A stretch of 61,487 bases of DNA, filler included, from Sphacelaria rigidula (taxonomy: Eukaryota): assembly GCA_964200075.2 (NCBI GenBank). It is 6 parts of 6 records of this genome, joined end to end, with 100 filler letters (N's around TTAATTAATTAA, not from the genome) between each part and the next. Parts side by side here need not be neighbours in the genome. Positions count along the whole stretch, not along the records: positions 41,060 to 51,223 come from CAXNAA020007005.1; positions 51,324 to 61,487 come from CAXNAA020007006.1; 4 more parts are not named here. One strand, 5' to 3'. The notes beneath the pieces were generated by a model. That model was not told where the DNA came from, did no database searches, and saw nothing but the letters and a program-made list of their open reading frames with translations. The translations under genes were made by a program, and so were the position numbers. Position 1 is the stretch's first letter. Every line of letters starts with the position of its first letter. Of this stretch, positions 48,800 through 61,322 are shown piece by piece.

Positions 48800-51223
48800 T
48801 TTGCCAAGAGGATGGATCTTAGTTTGGCAATGAAGCAAGCAACGCGTCTCCCTAGTTAGTAAGCAGAATGCGAACCAGAGGCCCTGTGTGGAAGACTAAC
48901 TTGTTGAGTACAGCGCGAGCGCCAAACATCGCATGTCCTTCATCGACCTTCATTATGGATACTCATGTACTCGGGAATGGGGTCATGAATTCCATCTATT
49001 TTGTATTGTAGAAGGCTGGACGCAGAACCGGTTTACACCCCAATTTTTGTTTCCGTCGGGTACCTCGGAAATACGGTCAACGCGGTTACTCTCAACAAAC
49101 ATGCGCCCAGGACGAGGCAACTGCGTGCAGGGGCAGCGCCTGCTCAGATTTGCTTGTTTTGAAACCATTCAAACGGCCGGTGCACAGGGCCGAATCTGAT
49201 GCGCACGGTTCGTTTTGATACAAATATAATGAAAAAACAGAAATCTGTGCAATATCATGCACGCGAAAAACGCAATGATACGTGGCATTCATGAACCTTT
49301 CGAACGAGACGCGTGCGTATTGGGCGCCCTCTGGCACATGAGTACCTTGCGCTCTTGAATCCACTCGCGTGAACCGTAACTTGTAAGGCGCCGCACTAAC
49401 ACACATGGGTCCTTATGTGAACAACTCGGGGATGTGAAGGCGATTGTCTCCACTCAACCAAGTAACCGAGGGAGCACTACGTCGGACTTGACAGTGTTGT
49501 CACAAGTGGAGAGTCAACTCCTGATACATCTATGCCGTACCCACAGACATACAGGGTACTTGTAAAATCGGCAGAAATACCTGCTAATTTTACTGAGATC
49601 GTATACATTCGGAGTAGATCTACGGGCAATTTGTGCGTACATGACCACACTGCATTCAAGTAATCAATGATGGCTGTATTGCATCTGATTGGGTCACCGG
49701 TATTCACTCAAATCCAGGAGTAAAACTCAACCTGGCACACTATGCTGGGGTACAAGTGGGTCAAGCCCGTTGGCTTCATGACAGGCATCAATTGAGCCAG
49801 GTACGGGGCAATGAGAGCATGGGGGTAAGGCTTGGTTTGACATAATATGCAGCAAGACATGCAAGGTTGGGTACGACGCCATAGCTCGACACCCACGGCA
49901 ATTTAAAGTGGTTGAGTTGAATCGATGGCCTTGACTGGAGCATCACTTCTCAGAGGCCACTGATGATTAATTCTCAGTACCGGGAGGCGACATGTATTTG
50001 TCCCGCCTGCAGAAGGTACAGACTGGTCCCACTACGTGAGAAAAACGAGTGTGATCCGAGATTTTGGCTCGAAGATTCAGAATGAGAATCTCAATCATAC
50101 AAAGGCCATTATTGCAGTATCTTCCCCTCTCTCTTCTCGGAGTCAGGTCTACTGGACTGCATTTCCAAGAAAGGAACAAACGCCTTGGTTTTCGGAAAAG
50201 CGAAGAGAGGAAGGGTTTTTTCGAATGATTAAAATGCATTTATCCTACATTTTTGGGGTTGAACATGTTGACCTTCGAGCGAAAAAGCCAACATAGGGTA
50301 TGTATTCTCGAAGGTATGGAAGCCCATTTATAGTTGTAGATAATTTCCCCACTGCTTGTTTCGGCAGAAGCTTTCGATGGACGACCTATTGGGGGGCCGA
50401 AACAGGCATCTTTCTCCTTGTGCTGATGTCAGCTACACGCCCACCAGTTTTTGGTGCAACCGGCGAAGATTGGAGTGTCACGATTTCTGTACCAAAACGC
50501 CACCAACAGGTACCGCCAGCAGGAAGTATTTAGTATCCCAGGATGTCGTGAAATGATGAAGAGTCTTGATGATGGATCAGAGCGCGCGGTGCACTCTAAG
50601 TTGGCGGTGAGCATCGAGGGAGCCTACATGTTGTGTTGTTCTCTGCTGCGGTATGTCGCGGTTGCACCAGAGACACGTTTTTGGGTCAAGCCGTGGAAGC
50701 AGCCTGTAGATGAGGGCCATCGCAAGGTTAAGCTACCCATGTCAGTGTCATCGTGTGAAAGGACCCCGGGATGGCCATTCTTCAAAGTGGCATAGCCCCG
50801 CCATCGCGATGGTCAACACTACCGGAACAGGTTCTCGATGGAAAGCCCTACTGCGGGATATCATTTGCTCCTGGGACAGTCTTGGACTCTTCATGCTGGT
50901 GGCGCAAACGTCACCGTATTCTCGTAGGTGGTGACGGATATCGCGGGTTGTTGGGTCCTACGCGGCGTACGTGACTCCGTTTTTTTCACAGCAAACAAAA
51001 GTACGCGGCAGATATGAACGAGTGCAGAAGCGGTTAAAAGGTACTTATGTACATCCATCACTCCCGAACACACGGCCGCGCATACACTCCCCCCATGCCC
51101 CAAGAAAACCCAATCTAGAGGTTTCAGTGGGTCATCTCAAGCTCAGGACCGCCTCCAAAAGGCATGGGATCTCCGGGAAAGTGTATGGAAAAAACAACGA
51201 GCAAACCCCGAAGACACTGCCCT
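48800..51223 (-). pseudogene. Possible highly decayed non-LTR retrotransposon (CRE/R2-like RT)
   Basis: Minus-strand IAVGVELWRR near 49870-49905 resembles the RPIAVGExWRR RT domain-2 motif; the rest is coding-like but riddled with stops. Confidence 0.3.
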
Positions 51224-51323
51224 NNNNNNNNNNNNNNNNNNNNNNNNNNNNNNNNNNNNNNNNNNNNTTAATTAATTAANNNNNNNNNNNNNNNNNNNNN
51301 NNNNNNNNNNNNNNNNNNNNNNN

Positions 51324-51583
51324 ACAAGTAAACAAGTAAACAAGTAAACAAGTAAACAAGTAAACAAGTAAACAAGTAAACAAGTAAACAAGTAAACAAG
51401 TAAACAAGTAAACAAGTAAACAAGTAAACAAGTAAACAAGTAAACAAGTAAACAAGTAAACAAGTAAACAAATAAATGAATAAGTAAATAAATGAATAAG
51501 TAAATAAGTAAATAAGTAAATAAGTAAATAAATGAATAAGTAAATAAATAAATAAATGAATAAGTAAATAAATAAATAAAAAA
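51324..51583. repeat. (AAACAAGT)n minisatellite (~18 units) grading into (AAAT/GAAT/AAGT)n
   Basis: Seen directly. Confidence 0.95.
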
Positions 51584-51987
51584 TGTGAACTAAGCTGTGC
51601 TAGGGGTGAGGCAGTAGACTTACGGGTCCCGAAGAGGAACGTTGTCGTACCCTGCTGCCGAAGGATCTCCAGAGCGAGGCGTAGTTCTCCTTCTTGTCAT
51701 TTGGGCGAGGATGCGACCGTGGTCAAGGGCAGGCTAGAAGAACGAGTGAATGAGTCGGTACAGCGTAGCGGTCCGTTGTCTACCAGGATTCATGCGGTGA
51801 CTCTTGTTGTACCGAGTTTTTCTACCGTAGATCCTGTTGCCTAGGTTTGCTAAAGATCCAGTTTCACAGGTTTGAACGTTTCGAGTCCGCTCATGTGTGT
51901 CACTGGCGGGCTCCGTTCCTGAGACAGTTTCTCCGGCTCACATGTATATATGGATGTCATTACGCTCATACATACGTGGTCTCCACA
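51584..51987 (-). repeat. 3' LTR (404 bp, TG..CA)
   Basis: About 14 substitutions relative to 58895-59298 by manual count (~3.5%). Confidence 0.95.
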
Positions 51988-52002
51988 TCATCCCCCCTTT
52001 TC
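51988..52002 (-). promoter_or_regulatory. Polypurine tract
   Basis: Minus strand GAAAAGGGGGGATGA directly abuts the LTR TG. Confidence 0.9.
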
Positions 52003-52613
52003 ATGCGCCTTAAGTCTCTCTATTCGAGGGACTGAGGCGATCATTCATGGAGAGAATGATAACGTGGATTCCTCATTGTATGTGTGTCATGATACCATTA
52101 TACTGGCCTGTGTGAGAACGTGTCATATCCTCTATACTGTCGTGTTGAGTGAACACAAGACGGTAAATTTTATCGACGTTCGCATCCAGGTTCATGTAAT
52201 CAGCATACTTGTGTCGGCGGTTGGTGACTTGGTCACTTGATCGCGGCATCTGTGAAATCTGGGTGATCAGTACAGATTGCGATGCCCCCATAGATGCTGA
52301 TTTATGGGCGATTCAGTGGAAAACATTGGGTTTTCGCATGAGAGTGGGTTGCCGTCTCGCGTTTTGCTTGGACCTTTAACCCGTGGTGATTACCGTATTA
52401 TATGGAAATACCTGCGTCTGGGGAAGACAAATATCAAGACGAAAAGAGAACGGTGGCTGTCATTTGCATGTCTGGAGTGGTGTACTTCCAAGATTGCAAA
52501 ATTTCCACGGCCATCCTCGCCAGCAATACCCCTATTTTGCTGGTGAGAGCTCAGATCTTTGGGTCGAGTCTCTCTTCACCGCTGATGCCCTTGTGGTCGC
52601 GCTGACCATGGCA

Positions 52614-55600
52614 TCAATCCTCCTTCGTCTTGATTTTATACCGAACGCGTCTGCATGTACTGGGAAATTTCCCTGCAAGCGCACGTTTCCGGGCATTGTT
52701 CTTTATGGGAAATTTGGTTTCCGCTCGAACCGCTTTACTAACCCGCTTTCGCTTACTCGTGTTACGAGACGGCGGGTCTGGTGAAGGCGCGCTATTCAGT
52801 TTATGCTTAATTCTGTACGCGTCTATGAGGTGTTGACATTGGGGTACCTCGTCTGCTCGATACTCTAGGTCAGCTGATGGGCCGTAACCCTTGAGTCCGA
52901 GGCGATATTTATAGTTGGGGTCACGTTTTCGCCCTGGGCCTCGTTTATGACCCACTATTCTGTCAACGGTGTAGCATTCAATTTTTTGGTTGTGCTACAT
53001 CAGGGCGGTCTACCTCTGGAAGAGGGAGTTTTTTCCCTAGGAAAACGTCGGCAAGGCGATCAAAATCGGAGGCCGGTGCTTTCTCCTGTGCGTAGTATAC
53101 TTTCAAGTGAGCCAAGTGTACGGACGTTTCTCTTGCGTCGTTGCCCAACCTTACTCTGTATACTAGTGGCGAAATTTTGGAACAAATAGTGTACGGACCT
53201 CGCCAAGGTAACAACAGTTTTGGATTTGGGCCTTCGGTATCCTGGTACGGTCTGTATAGTGATACTTTTTGTCCCGGTTCGAACGTGGGAAAACACTTGA
53301 GTTTGTCATTGCTTGCTTTCTGCTTGTCTGCGGTTTCTTGCAGATTGCGTCTTGCGAGTTCGAAAGCCAGCTGTAAATTGTCTCTCTGTTGTTTCGTGTA
53401 CTCTTCGGCATCTGCTGCACGTCCTACATCTTGGATGCCTAGAATTATATCAACTGGCAACTTTGGTTGCCGTCCGAACAACAAGAAATATGGGGTTGCT
53501 TGAACCATTGTCTTGAATGAGGTGTCGTACGCCATTTGAACATACGGCAACATTGTTGCCCAGTTGTCTTGCTTGACTGAATTGTGTATTGCCAGCATCG
53601 CGTGTAGGGTTGAGTGTACCCGCTCTGAAACCGAGTTGCCTTGAGGTCTGAACGGAGTCGTGCGGATTTTCTCGAACTGCAGCAGAGTCTGTAACTGGTA
53701 GATCACTTGGTTATCAAATTCCCTGCCTCCATCAGAGTGTCACTTTTCCGGGATGCCGAATGTTGATAAAACTCTGTCGACGAGCATTCGTGCTACGGTA
53801 ACGGCAGATTTATTCGGGATCGGGATAAAAAGTGCGTAGCGTGTCAAATGATCCATTACGGACATGACATACCTGCATGGCACTCCAGCTGAAGAGTTGG
53901 AAATCGTCTTATACTCGACCAAGTCTATGGAAACACATTGGAACGGTCTTTCCACAGGTATATGGCCTGTAGGGAGTTTTGGACGATTGTGAGCTGTTTT
54001 CCGAGGTTGGCATGCCTGGCATTCTCTACACCAATTTCGTACGTCTCTGCTTATTGACGGCCACCAATACTTCGCTCTGACCTTTCCGTAAGTCGGTTTG
54101 AAACAGAGGTAGCCTCCGGATAATGCATGATCGTGATACGAGTGTAGTACGAACCTTATCAGGGCTTTGGGTACCACTAGTTGATCACGAAAGGTGCCTC
54201 TTTTCCGGAGATGCCCTGACAGATAAGACCTGTACAAAATATCGTCCTGGATTGAGTAGTAAGACATAGTAGCCAACGTTTCTTTTCCCGGGATTGGTGT
54301 GGTGTCGTCATTCAAAAATTGAATGCAGTGGCCATATTCTTTTGCCCGTTCTGCTCGCAATTTTTGCTTGTCCACAGACATAAAGACATTCGTTGCGCTG
54401 ATGTAAACTGCCTCTACTGTGAACAGCTCTCCGTCGCTTTGTACCGGTTTCAGATTATCCAAATTATCGGCAGATAATTGAAATGGCCGGTGCTGTTTTC
54501 CCGTGTGTAATGCACGATCTTCTGGCACGTCACGACATATTGGAGCGAGTAGGGGTTCGACTTCGTTTTTCTGTTGTCGCTCGAATTTAAAGAGTCGCGA
54601 TAGAGTGTCGGGTACTATATTTAGTTTCCCCGGTTTGTGCTGCGCTGTAAGTCATATGATTGCAAAGCAATAGCCCATCTGGTCAGCATGTTGCTTGTAT
54701 CTTGCATTGTATATAGGTACCGCAGCGCTACATGATCTGTTACACAAGTGAAATGCTTGCCCCACAAACAAATGCCTCCAGTGTTGGATCGCAAAAAAAA
54801 CCCAGCGTAACAATCTTTTAGGGGTTCAGAATAGTGCTTTTGGGCAGAGTTAAAGCGTTGGCTGAAGTAGGCTATGATCGCTTGGTCTTCGCCTTTCTTT
54901 TGCCAAAGGTGGGCACCTACCCTTCATTGCTAGCGTCAACTTGGACCACAAATTCTTTGGAGAAGTCCGGGAAGTGTAATAACGCTGGGGCAGTTGTCAA
55001 AAGTCGTTTCACCTCTGCGAAAAATTCGTCACGTTTTGCCTTCCAACGTTTTGCTACTTCTTTTACCGCCTCTTTCTTTGTGAGGTCAACCAAGGGTGCC
55101 GTAACTTCGGCCACATTTGGGATGAATTTTCGCACAAAGTTGACCATGCCGAGCAATGATCGTAACTGCTTGATGTTGGTTGGTTTGAGTAAGTCCAGTA
55201 TTGCTTTGATACGGTCGTCACGCAATCCGATACCGTCCGCTGACAGAGTGTGTCCTAGGTTTTTAACCTCCTTTGGTCCAAACTGTGCTTTTGATGGCTT
55301 CAGGGTGAGGCCCGCTGCTTGCAGTGCTTTGAACATGTCCTCAAGTAGGGTTAGGTGGCTCTCCCATGACGAAGAACATGCGATTGACCCTTTGGGAACT
55401 AAAGTGCTGATTCTTGTTTTGTGAATCTTTGTGAATCGGCATCATTTTGACTTGATAATGCCTGAAAATGATGCCGATTCACCAAAACAAAAATCAGCAC
55501 TCCCTGGGGGTCTAGTTCCCAAAGGGTTAAACCGTCCATGTATACTAGGAGGCCGCTTTTCGGTCCAAAGTGTGAGAAAGTGAGAGCCATTATTTGTGAA

Positions 55601-57291
55601 AAAGTAGATGGGGACGACGCTTATCCGAGTGGGAGGCGATTAGAAACCCATTTATCCTTGCTCGTAACGAAGGCTGTCTTCTCCTTTTCTTTCTCCGCTA
55701 TTGGGATTTGGTGGAATGCGTTCTGCATATCGAAGACAGAGATATATTTTGCCCCTGCTACCGTATCGATATGAGATTCCATTTGAGGCATTGGGCATGA
55801 CTCACGCACCAGACTTTTGTTGAGAGTAGATCGATAGTCAACGCAAAATCGAGCTGTTCCATCGCTTTTAGCGACTAATGTTACCGCCGAGCCCACAAGG
55901 GCTAGCTCTTTGCTCGATGATACCGCCTCTTTTCATTCCGTGTACACACTTGTCGATGACTTCCTGTACTCGCGGGTTGGCCCAGTAAGGCTGTCTGTCG
56001 ACCGGCTGTGTACCTTGCTGGAGTGGGAATTCAGCTTCACCTGTCGTGCAGCACCCTAACTCCTGCGCTGTGAGCGAAAAGACTGTCCGGTATTTCGTAT
56101 ACAGGTCGAGGACTTGGGCCTCTGTTCCTGCGAAAAATGTGCGGCTTTACCAAGACTTGGGATAAAGAGTCCATTGTGCTTCTCATGATCTACCACAGCG
56201 ATGACGTATCTACGAGCAATCGGCTGAGGATTTTGTTTCGCATACACGCTTGTCGATGGCTTGTTGTACCCTTGGGTTGGCCCTGTGGGGTAGTCTGTCG
56301 ACTTGCTGTAAAAGCGGCTGGAGTGGACATTTAACTTCACTTCTCGCTCAGCATCCTGACCCCTGCGGTGAAGACGAAAAGATTGTCCGGTATCAAGTAC
56401 ACAGATTGAGGACTTCGGTCTCTCTGTTCCTTCGACTTGATTTCAGCGACTGCACTGCCTATGTTTGTATTTTCACTGTTCGGACCTCTGTCTGATGAAA
56501 GAGTAATGTATCCCAACAGAGTGTTTCGCTCAATACGAACGTGCCTGCTGGATGGATTGGCGACCTGAACCATAGCCGTCTTATTCACCGTTGACCATGT
56601 ACAAATTGCGTGCCACGATCAGACGTTTGAAACTGATGGTATGTCTAAAGATTGAACGCCCTGTTCTGTGACTACGCGCGGTTCAATTAACGCCGCGAAT
56701 GTCACTTCAGGAGGCTCACCCGAGTCGATATGGAGAGCCATCTCAGTTGGCGGAGGAACAACACATTTTTTCTGAGATATACTGGGACAAGTTGCGCCTC
56801 AGCTCTTTCTTTTTGCGTGCAGATTTGCTGTGCTCGTTCCGTTTCTTGTGTGTAGCTTTGATACTAACATAGAATTTCGGAGCGATTATGTCTCAGCTTC
56901 CCAGTCCAAAATGCCTCCAAACGCTCTGATCAGTGAATAATTAATCCGCATGCGGTCGGGGCCTAGATTTCGTAAAACCGATGCTTCGGGTAGGGTTTTC
57001 TACCTAACGTGGGGTCGAAACGAGTGAAACCCACTACTTTGATGGGTGAGTTGTCCGCGCTTCTAGATGCAAAGATCCACTTGGGACAGGTTTTATGTCC
57101 GCCGTATTCAACGTAGGATGCGAACGGATAAACTTCAAGCTAATGATAGGTGAGTCGGATGCTAAAACTATGGTCAGAGCTTCCACCGCCCTATCATTTA
57201 TTCTAGCTAGTACTTGAACTCTTTCTGGGGCTGGATGTATCGTGACGGGTCCTTTGGGGTACCGTGCCAACGAAGACATGTGAAAAGCCAT
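52614..57291 (-). pseudogene. pol: Fragmented pol: protease (~57034-57291), RT (~55340-56050), RNase H (~54560-55000), integrase (~52978-54300), chromodomain (~52800-52980)
   Basis: RFCVDYR, DMQNAFHQI, VYMD(G), VQVDAS, CRECQAC, VSIDLV..SDGG..SERVH, WRGPY, YTVDRIVGH..YRLGLKGY; several stops and frameshifts. Confidence 0.95.
55388..55526. mobile_element. 139-bp piggyBac-type MITE inserted at a TTAA site in the RT
   Basis: TIR CCCTTTGGGAACTA / TAGTTCCCAAAGGG; flanks TTGA and TTAA; removal restores YMDGLIACSSSWESHL. Confidence 0.9.
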
Positions 57292-58875
57292 GAACGCCTG
57301 AGCGTCGGGAGTCAGAAATTTCGATCAGTGTTTTGCATCGTCACTACATGGCGGTTGAGCTATGAAAGCTGCTTGTGGAACACTCTCCAAGTATGAAAGC
57401 TGGCTACACGACACCCTTTCTTGACTTGTGCTGTTCACTTTGAGCTTCTGCTTGACTTTATCATGTAGTTTCGCTACCTCTTTGTGGGGCTTCGCCTTCG
57501 ATCCCACCGCAGGTGCTACTGTTATACTTTTAAAAAACCGCATGCCTTTCCCGATCCTACCAGCCAGAGAGTTCTCCCTCGTTTTATTGCTACCCAGCGT
57601 CATGCGTGCTACCTGATTCGTTTCAAACGTCGACTGTGCTACGGTAGTTGCCCTTTTCGCTAAGCGTGCTTTACCCTGGCTGGGCGAGGGATCCCGCGCT
57701 GGGCGCCTTCAAAAGCCAAGGGCGGATAATTCCTCCCTGTGCGTCTTGGCTTGTTGACCGTTTTGGAGTCCGATATTTTAATCGGTGGTTTGCCTTGATT
57801 ATACATGACGCTAAAGCTATGAAAGCTACTTGCGGAACACTCTCCAAGTACGAAGGCTGGTTACTCTGCACCAGTTTTCGACTTGTGTTTCTCACTCTGA
57901 GCTTCTGCTTGATTGTGTCATGTACTTTCTCCATATGTTTGTGAGACTTCGCACACGATCCCACTGAAGAGGCTACTTTCTCCTTGTTGAACGGTATTTT
58001 TTTCAATCAAAGTGAGCAGTTCCGATTAGCAATCAGCAGCCACATGTGTCACATGGTATGAAACGTTACCGATCCCTTGGAGTACTGCGCAAAATGCCAC
58101 ATGATATGAGTCTCAACAATTTTGGACCCGTGCCCGGTGTAACGCTTTTCGATGGCTGTAACAAAGGCTGCTAAGAAACTAACTCCAAGTACGGAGGCTG
58201 GTGATATTACAACCGCACTCCTTTTTTTGACCTGTGTTGCTCTTGTTCAGCATATGCTTTATCCTAGTTTGTACTTTCACACACAACTGGGGCTGTGTTG
58301 GTGCCTCACCAGAGCAGTACTGTACTGACTAGAGAGCTAGGTTCTCTTATGCATATTTGACCAGAGTGTTGGTACTTCTTTTTCCATTGCATGCGCTCTG
58401 AGACGTGAAAAAATGAACTATCTGCCGTTTGCAATTCCTCTCCACTTGCGAGCTGAGAGTCGGCACGACCGTCTAATACACCCTTCTTTCGCTTGCTACA
58501 TGTCAGCTGTGACAAGGTGGTGCATTCGCAGGTTGGGTAGATTTTTGTCAGTGCGATTTCGAGTCACCGTGTTTCCAGGGGTCGGTCTGCTTGATTGACA
58601 GCCGTGCCTCTTGCACTATGATGGTGTAAGGTGGGTTAAAGGCGCGGTTTCGCTCGTTGACTAGCCTTGCTGGTGACATATAATGCACACTGAAGGCTAA
58701 TTTTGCGTTTCGCTGACTCCTGCAACCCTCTCAACTCGAATAACTGTGCACAAATGACCCATACGTTTCACCTGCTGGAGCATTCCTCGGTTCCTTTTGT
58801 ATCGGATGGTGTCGCCGGTGCTAAGGCGGTGTGCTCCGCACGTCAAAGTGCTCTGCTCTGCACGCGTAGATTCAA

Positions 58876-58893
58876 ATCACTTCGTTGATGCCA
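58876..58893 (-). promoter_or_regulatory. Putative primer-binding site (TGGCATCAACGAAGTG..)
   Basis: TGG begins 1 nt after the 5' LTR end. Confidence 0.6.
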
Positions 58894-58894
58894 T

Positions 58895-59298
58895 CGTGAA
58901 CTAAGCTTCGCTAGGGGTGAGGCAGTAGACTTACGGGTCCCGAAGAGGAACGTTGTCGTACCCTGCTGCCGAAGGATCTCCAGAGCGAGGCGTAATTCTC
59001 ATTCTTGTCATTTGGGCGAGAATGCGACCGTGGTCAAGGGTAGGCTAGAAGAACGAGTGAACGGGTCGGTACAGCGTACCGGTCCGTTGTCTACCAGGAT
59101 TCATGCGGTGACTCTTGTTGTACCGAGTTCTTCTACCGTAGATCCTGTTGCCTAGGTTTGCTAAAGATCCAGTTTCACAGGTTTGAACGTTTCGAGTCCG
59201 CTCATGTGCGTCACTGGCGGGCTCCGTTCCTGAGACAGTATCTCCGGCTCACATGTATATATGGATGTCATTACGCTCATACACACGTGGTCTCCACA
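58895..59298 (-). repeat. 5' LTR (404 bp)
   Basis: Direct repeat of 51584-51987; terminal CA mutated to CG. Confidence 0.95.
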
Positions 59299-59382
59299 TA
59301 AATGAATGAATGAATGAATGAATGAATGAATGAATGAATGAATGAATGAATACATAAAAAAATAAACAAACAAACAAACAAA
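59299..59382. repeat. (GAAT)n / (AAAC)n microsatellite
   Basis: Seen directly. Confidence 0.95.
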
Positions 59383-61139
59383 TATGCTTACTGCACATGC
59401 CGAAGTTGAACCTCACGTCCAAATGTTATATCCGGAACCAACTTAGCCCCGACATTGGGTTCCACGATGGTACTGCATCGATTTTCTCCAAACCGGCTGT
59501 CGCGGTTCCCGCCACCCTCCCCGTATACGACTAACGCCTTCCATCACCAAATAGGTAGATACGATACGAGTATTGAAGCTAACCAGGGTTTAGATGACAC
59601 TCTCGTGGGTGAGGGGCTGGTAAAGTCGTGCCCCAATAGTTTGTGCGAGAAAATTACCCGTGGGTGTAGAAATTTCAGAAAGCTGTGCACTGAAATACTG
59701 AACTATTTCCCCCCTCCACAGACGACCATGAGACAGTGTATAAGCCATGGCTGTCTCTAGAAGTGGCGATACCAGAAATTAAATCAACTCATCGTAGGCT
59801 GTCATCCAAATGAAAGATAGTCAGTACACTTCGGGCCGAACAACCTTAGCAGGATGCAGCTCACCCTTCATGCGACTCACCGAAGACACCACGGCTTGGA
59901 GGTTTGAGTGCAAGCATGGTCCGGCGAAAACACGGTGTGTTCCGTCCCGGCCTTGTAGGGATGCGAGATCAATGGTCTGATGACTACAGCATGCAAGATC
60001 ACTCCCCCTACCCCCCCATCCCGCCCATCCCCTCCCGTCCCGGCTTCCGAGGGATGCGAGGTCAATGGTCTTATGACTACGGCATGCAATATCATGAGAA
60101 CATCTTCATCCTACTAGTTCGTTACCAGAAACTACTGTTGGTCGAGGTGTGTTCACCAGTTGGTCGACGAAGGAATTTCTCGGAAACGTTTTCTTTGGAA
60201 TAGCCCTAAAACCCTAACCCTAATCCCAACCCCAACCCAAGGCATGCCGAGAACCCTCGGGCGAGGGGGGTGTAAAGCGTTCCCTACTCAAAGTGTGGCT
60301 TTAGCAGGCCTCAAAACGGCGCCGCAGGCGCCGATTTTGACGAAAACGCGTTCTGCACACGCGAGGGGCAGTTGGGGCTGGCTGTCAGCCGCTAAAGATC
60401 CGCATATCGGTGTTGACACTCAAAACAAGTAATAAAATTCCGGGAAGGTTCTAGTCGACCAAGTGGTACACACCACTGCTTTTGGTCACCTCGTGGCAGC
60501 CCTCGACGAGAGAGTACAGCAGCACAAACGCCTGGTGCTTCAAGCGTGCGGGAGATACGCGGCACTCCCCCCGACTGTACGCCGTCTCCACCGTTTGCCA
60601 TTCCCCGCGGGCATCGTACCTGCGTCATGTGTGGTCGAAGGTAGTTGACGATATGCGGGGGGTTTTGCGAGAAGGCTGTGGAAAATGCTGTAGAGGCTAT
60701 CGCGATGTTGAATAATTGTGAGGTTGTGAAAACGGTGTTTTTATACTCTCATGATAGTTTCAGGTATTTTGTCGACATTTTTACGAAGTTTTTGGTGCGT
60801 GTGCCACATCGATACGAACGCTCAACAGGTGTTTTGGTTATATTTGAAAAATATTTTCTCGATTTTGGGGCGTGCGATATCACGTTCTGTACCTCTTCGA
60901 ATGTGATATTCATGTTCCATCATTTTGCTGATGTCAAATGACGCTATTTGTGGTTATGTGGGTCGGACAACGATTGCCAAAATTTGGGGGTTCGACGGAT
61001 CACAATTTTCACCCTTCGTTGATTTTGTTATTCGTTTTCCCCTGTTTGCAGCCGCTCACTTCGTTACCTGCTCCTGTTTCATATCTTTCCCTCTTTCTCC
61101 AGTTTCCTTCAGCGAGCGATTTCCGTTTCTATTTTTTCT

Positions 61140-61238
61140 GGGTACGTCCATCTAATGACCGACTACGGCTGGATTCGAGCTGACCAATTGGTTCATGTGA
61201 GACAACCAGCCAATCAATCAAAGGAATCAATCGATCAA
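61140..61238 (+). repeat. (CAAT)n-tailed dispersed repeat 3' end, copy 4
   Basis: gggtacgtcc..gactacggctgga..gttcatgtgagacaaccagccaatcaatc. Confidence 0.6.
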
Positions 61239-61250
61239 TAATTGAGTTGC

Positions 61251-61322
61251 GACGACGGTGGTCTGACGGTAAAGCTAACACTCCGAGGTCTGAAAAATGT
61301 GGGTTCGATTCCCGACACATGT
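61251..61322 (+). repeat. tRNA-like (SINE head or pseudo-tRNA) sequence
   Basis: A-box-like TGGTCTGACGG and B-box GGTTCGATTCC; no good acceptor stem. Confidence 0.5.

Larger units (their letters stand above)
51584..59298 (-). mobile_element. Full-length, inactivated chromodomain-bearing Ty3/Gypsy LTR retrotransposon (7715 bp)
   Basis: Paired 404-bp LTRs, PPT, PBS-like site, and PR-RT-RH-IN-chromodomain order on the minus strand. Confidence 0.95.

Noticed and set aside
41060-51223. Endogenous phaeovirus insertion
   Set aside because: No NCLDV core genes or gene-dense viral organisation; EsV-1-7 genes are common host genes in brown algae.
59942-60094. ~60-bp tandem duplication around a C-rich spacer
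   Set aside because: Real, but only two copies and no further structure; likely part of an ordinary repeat.
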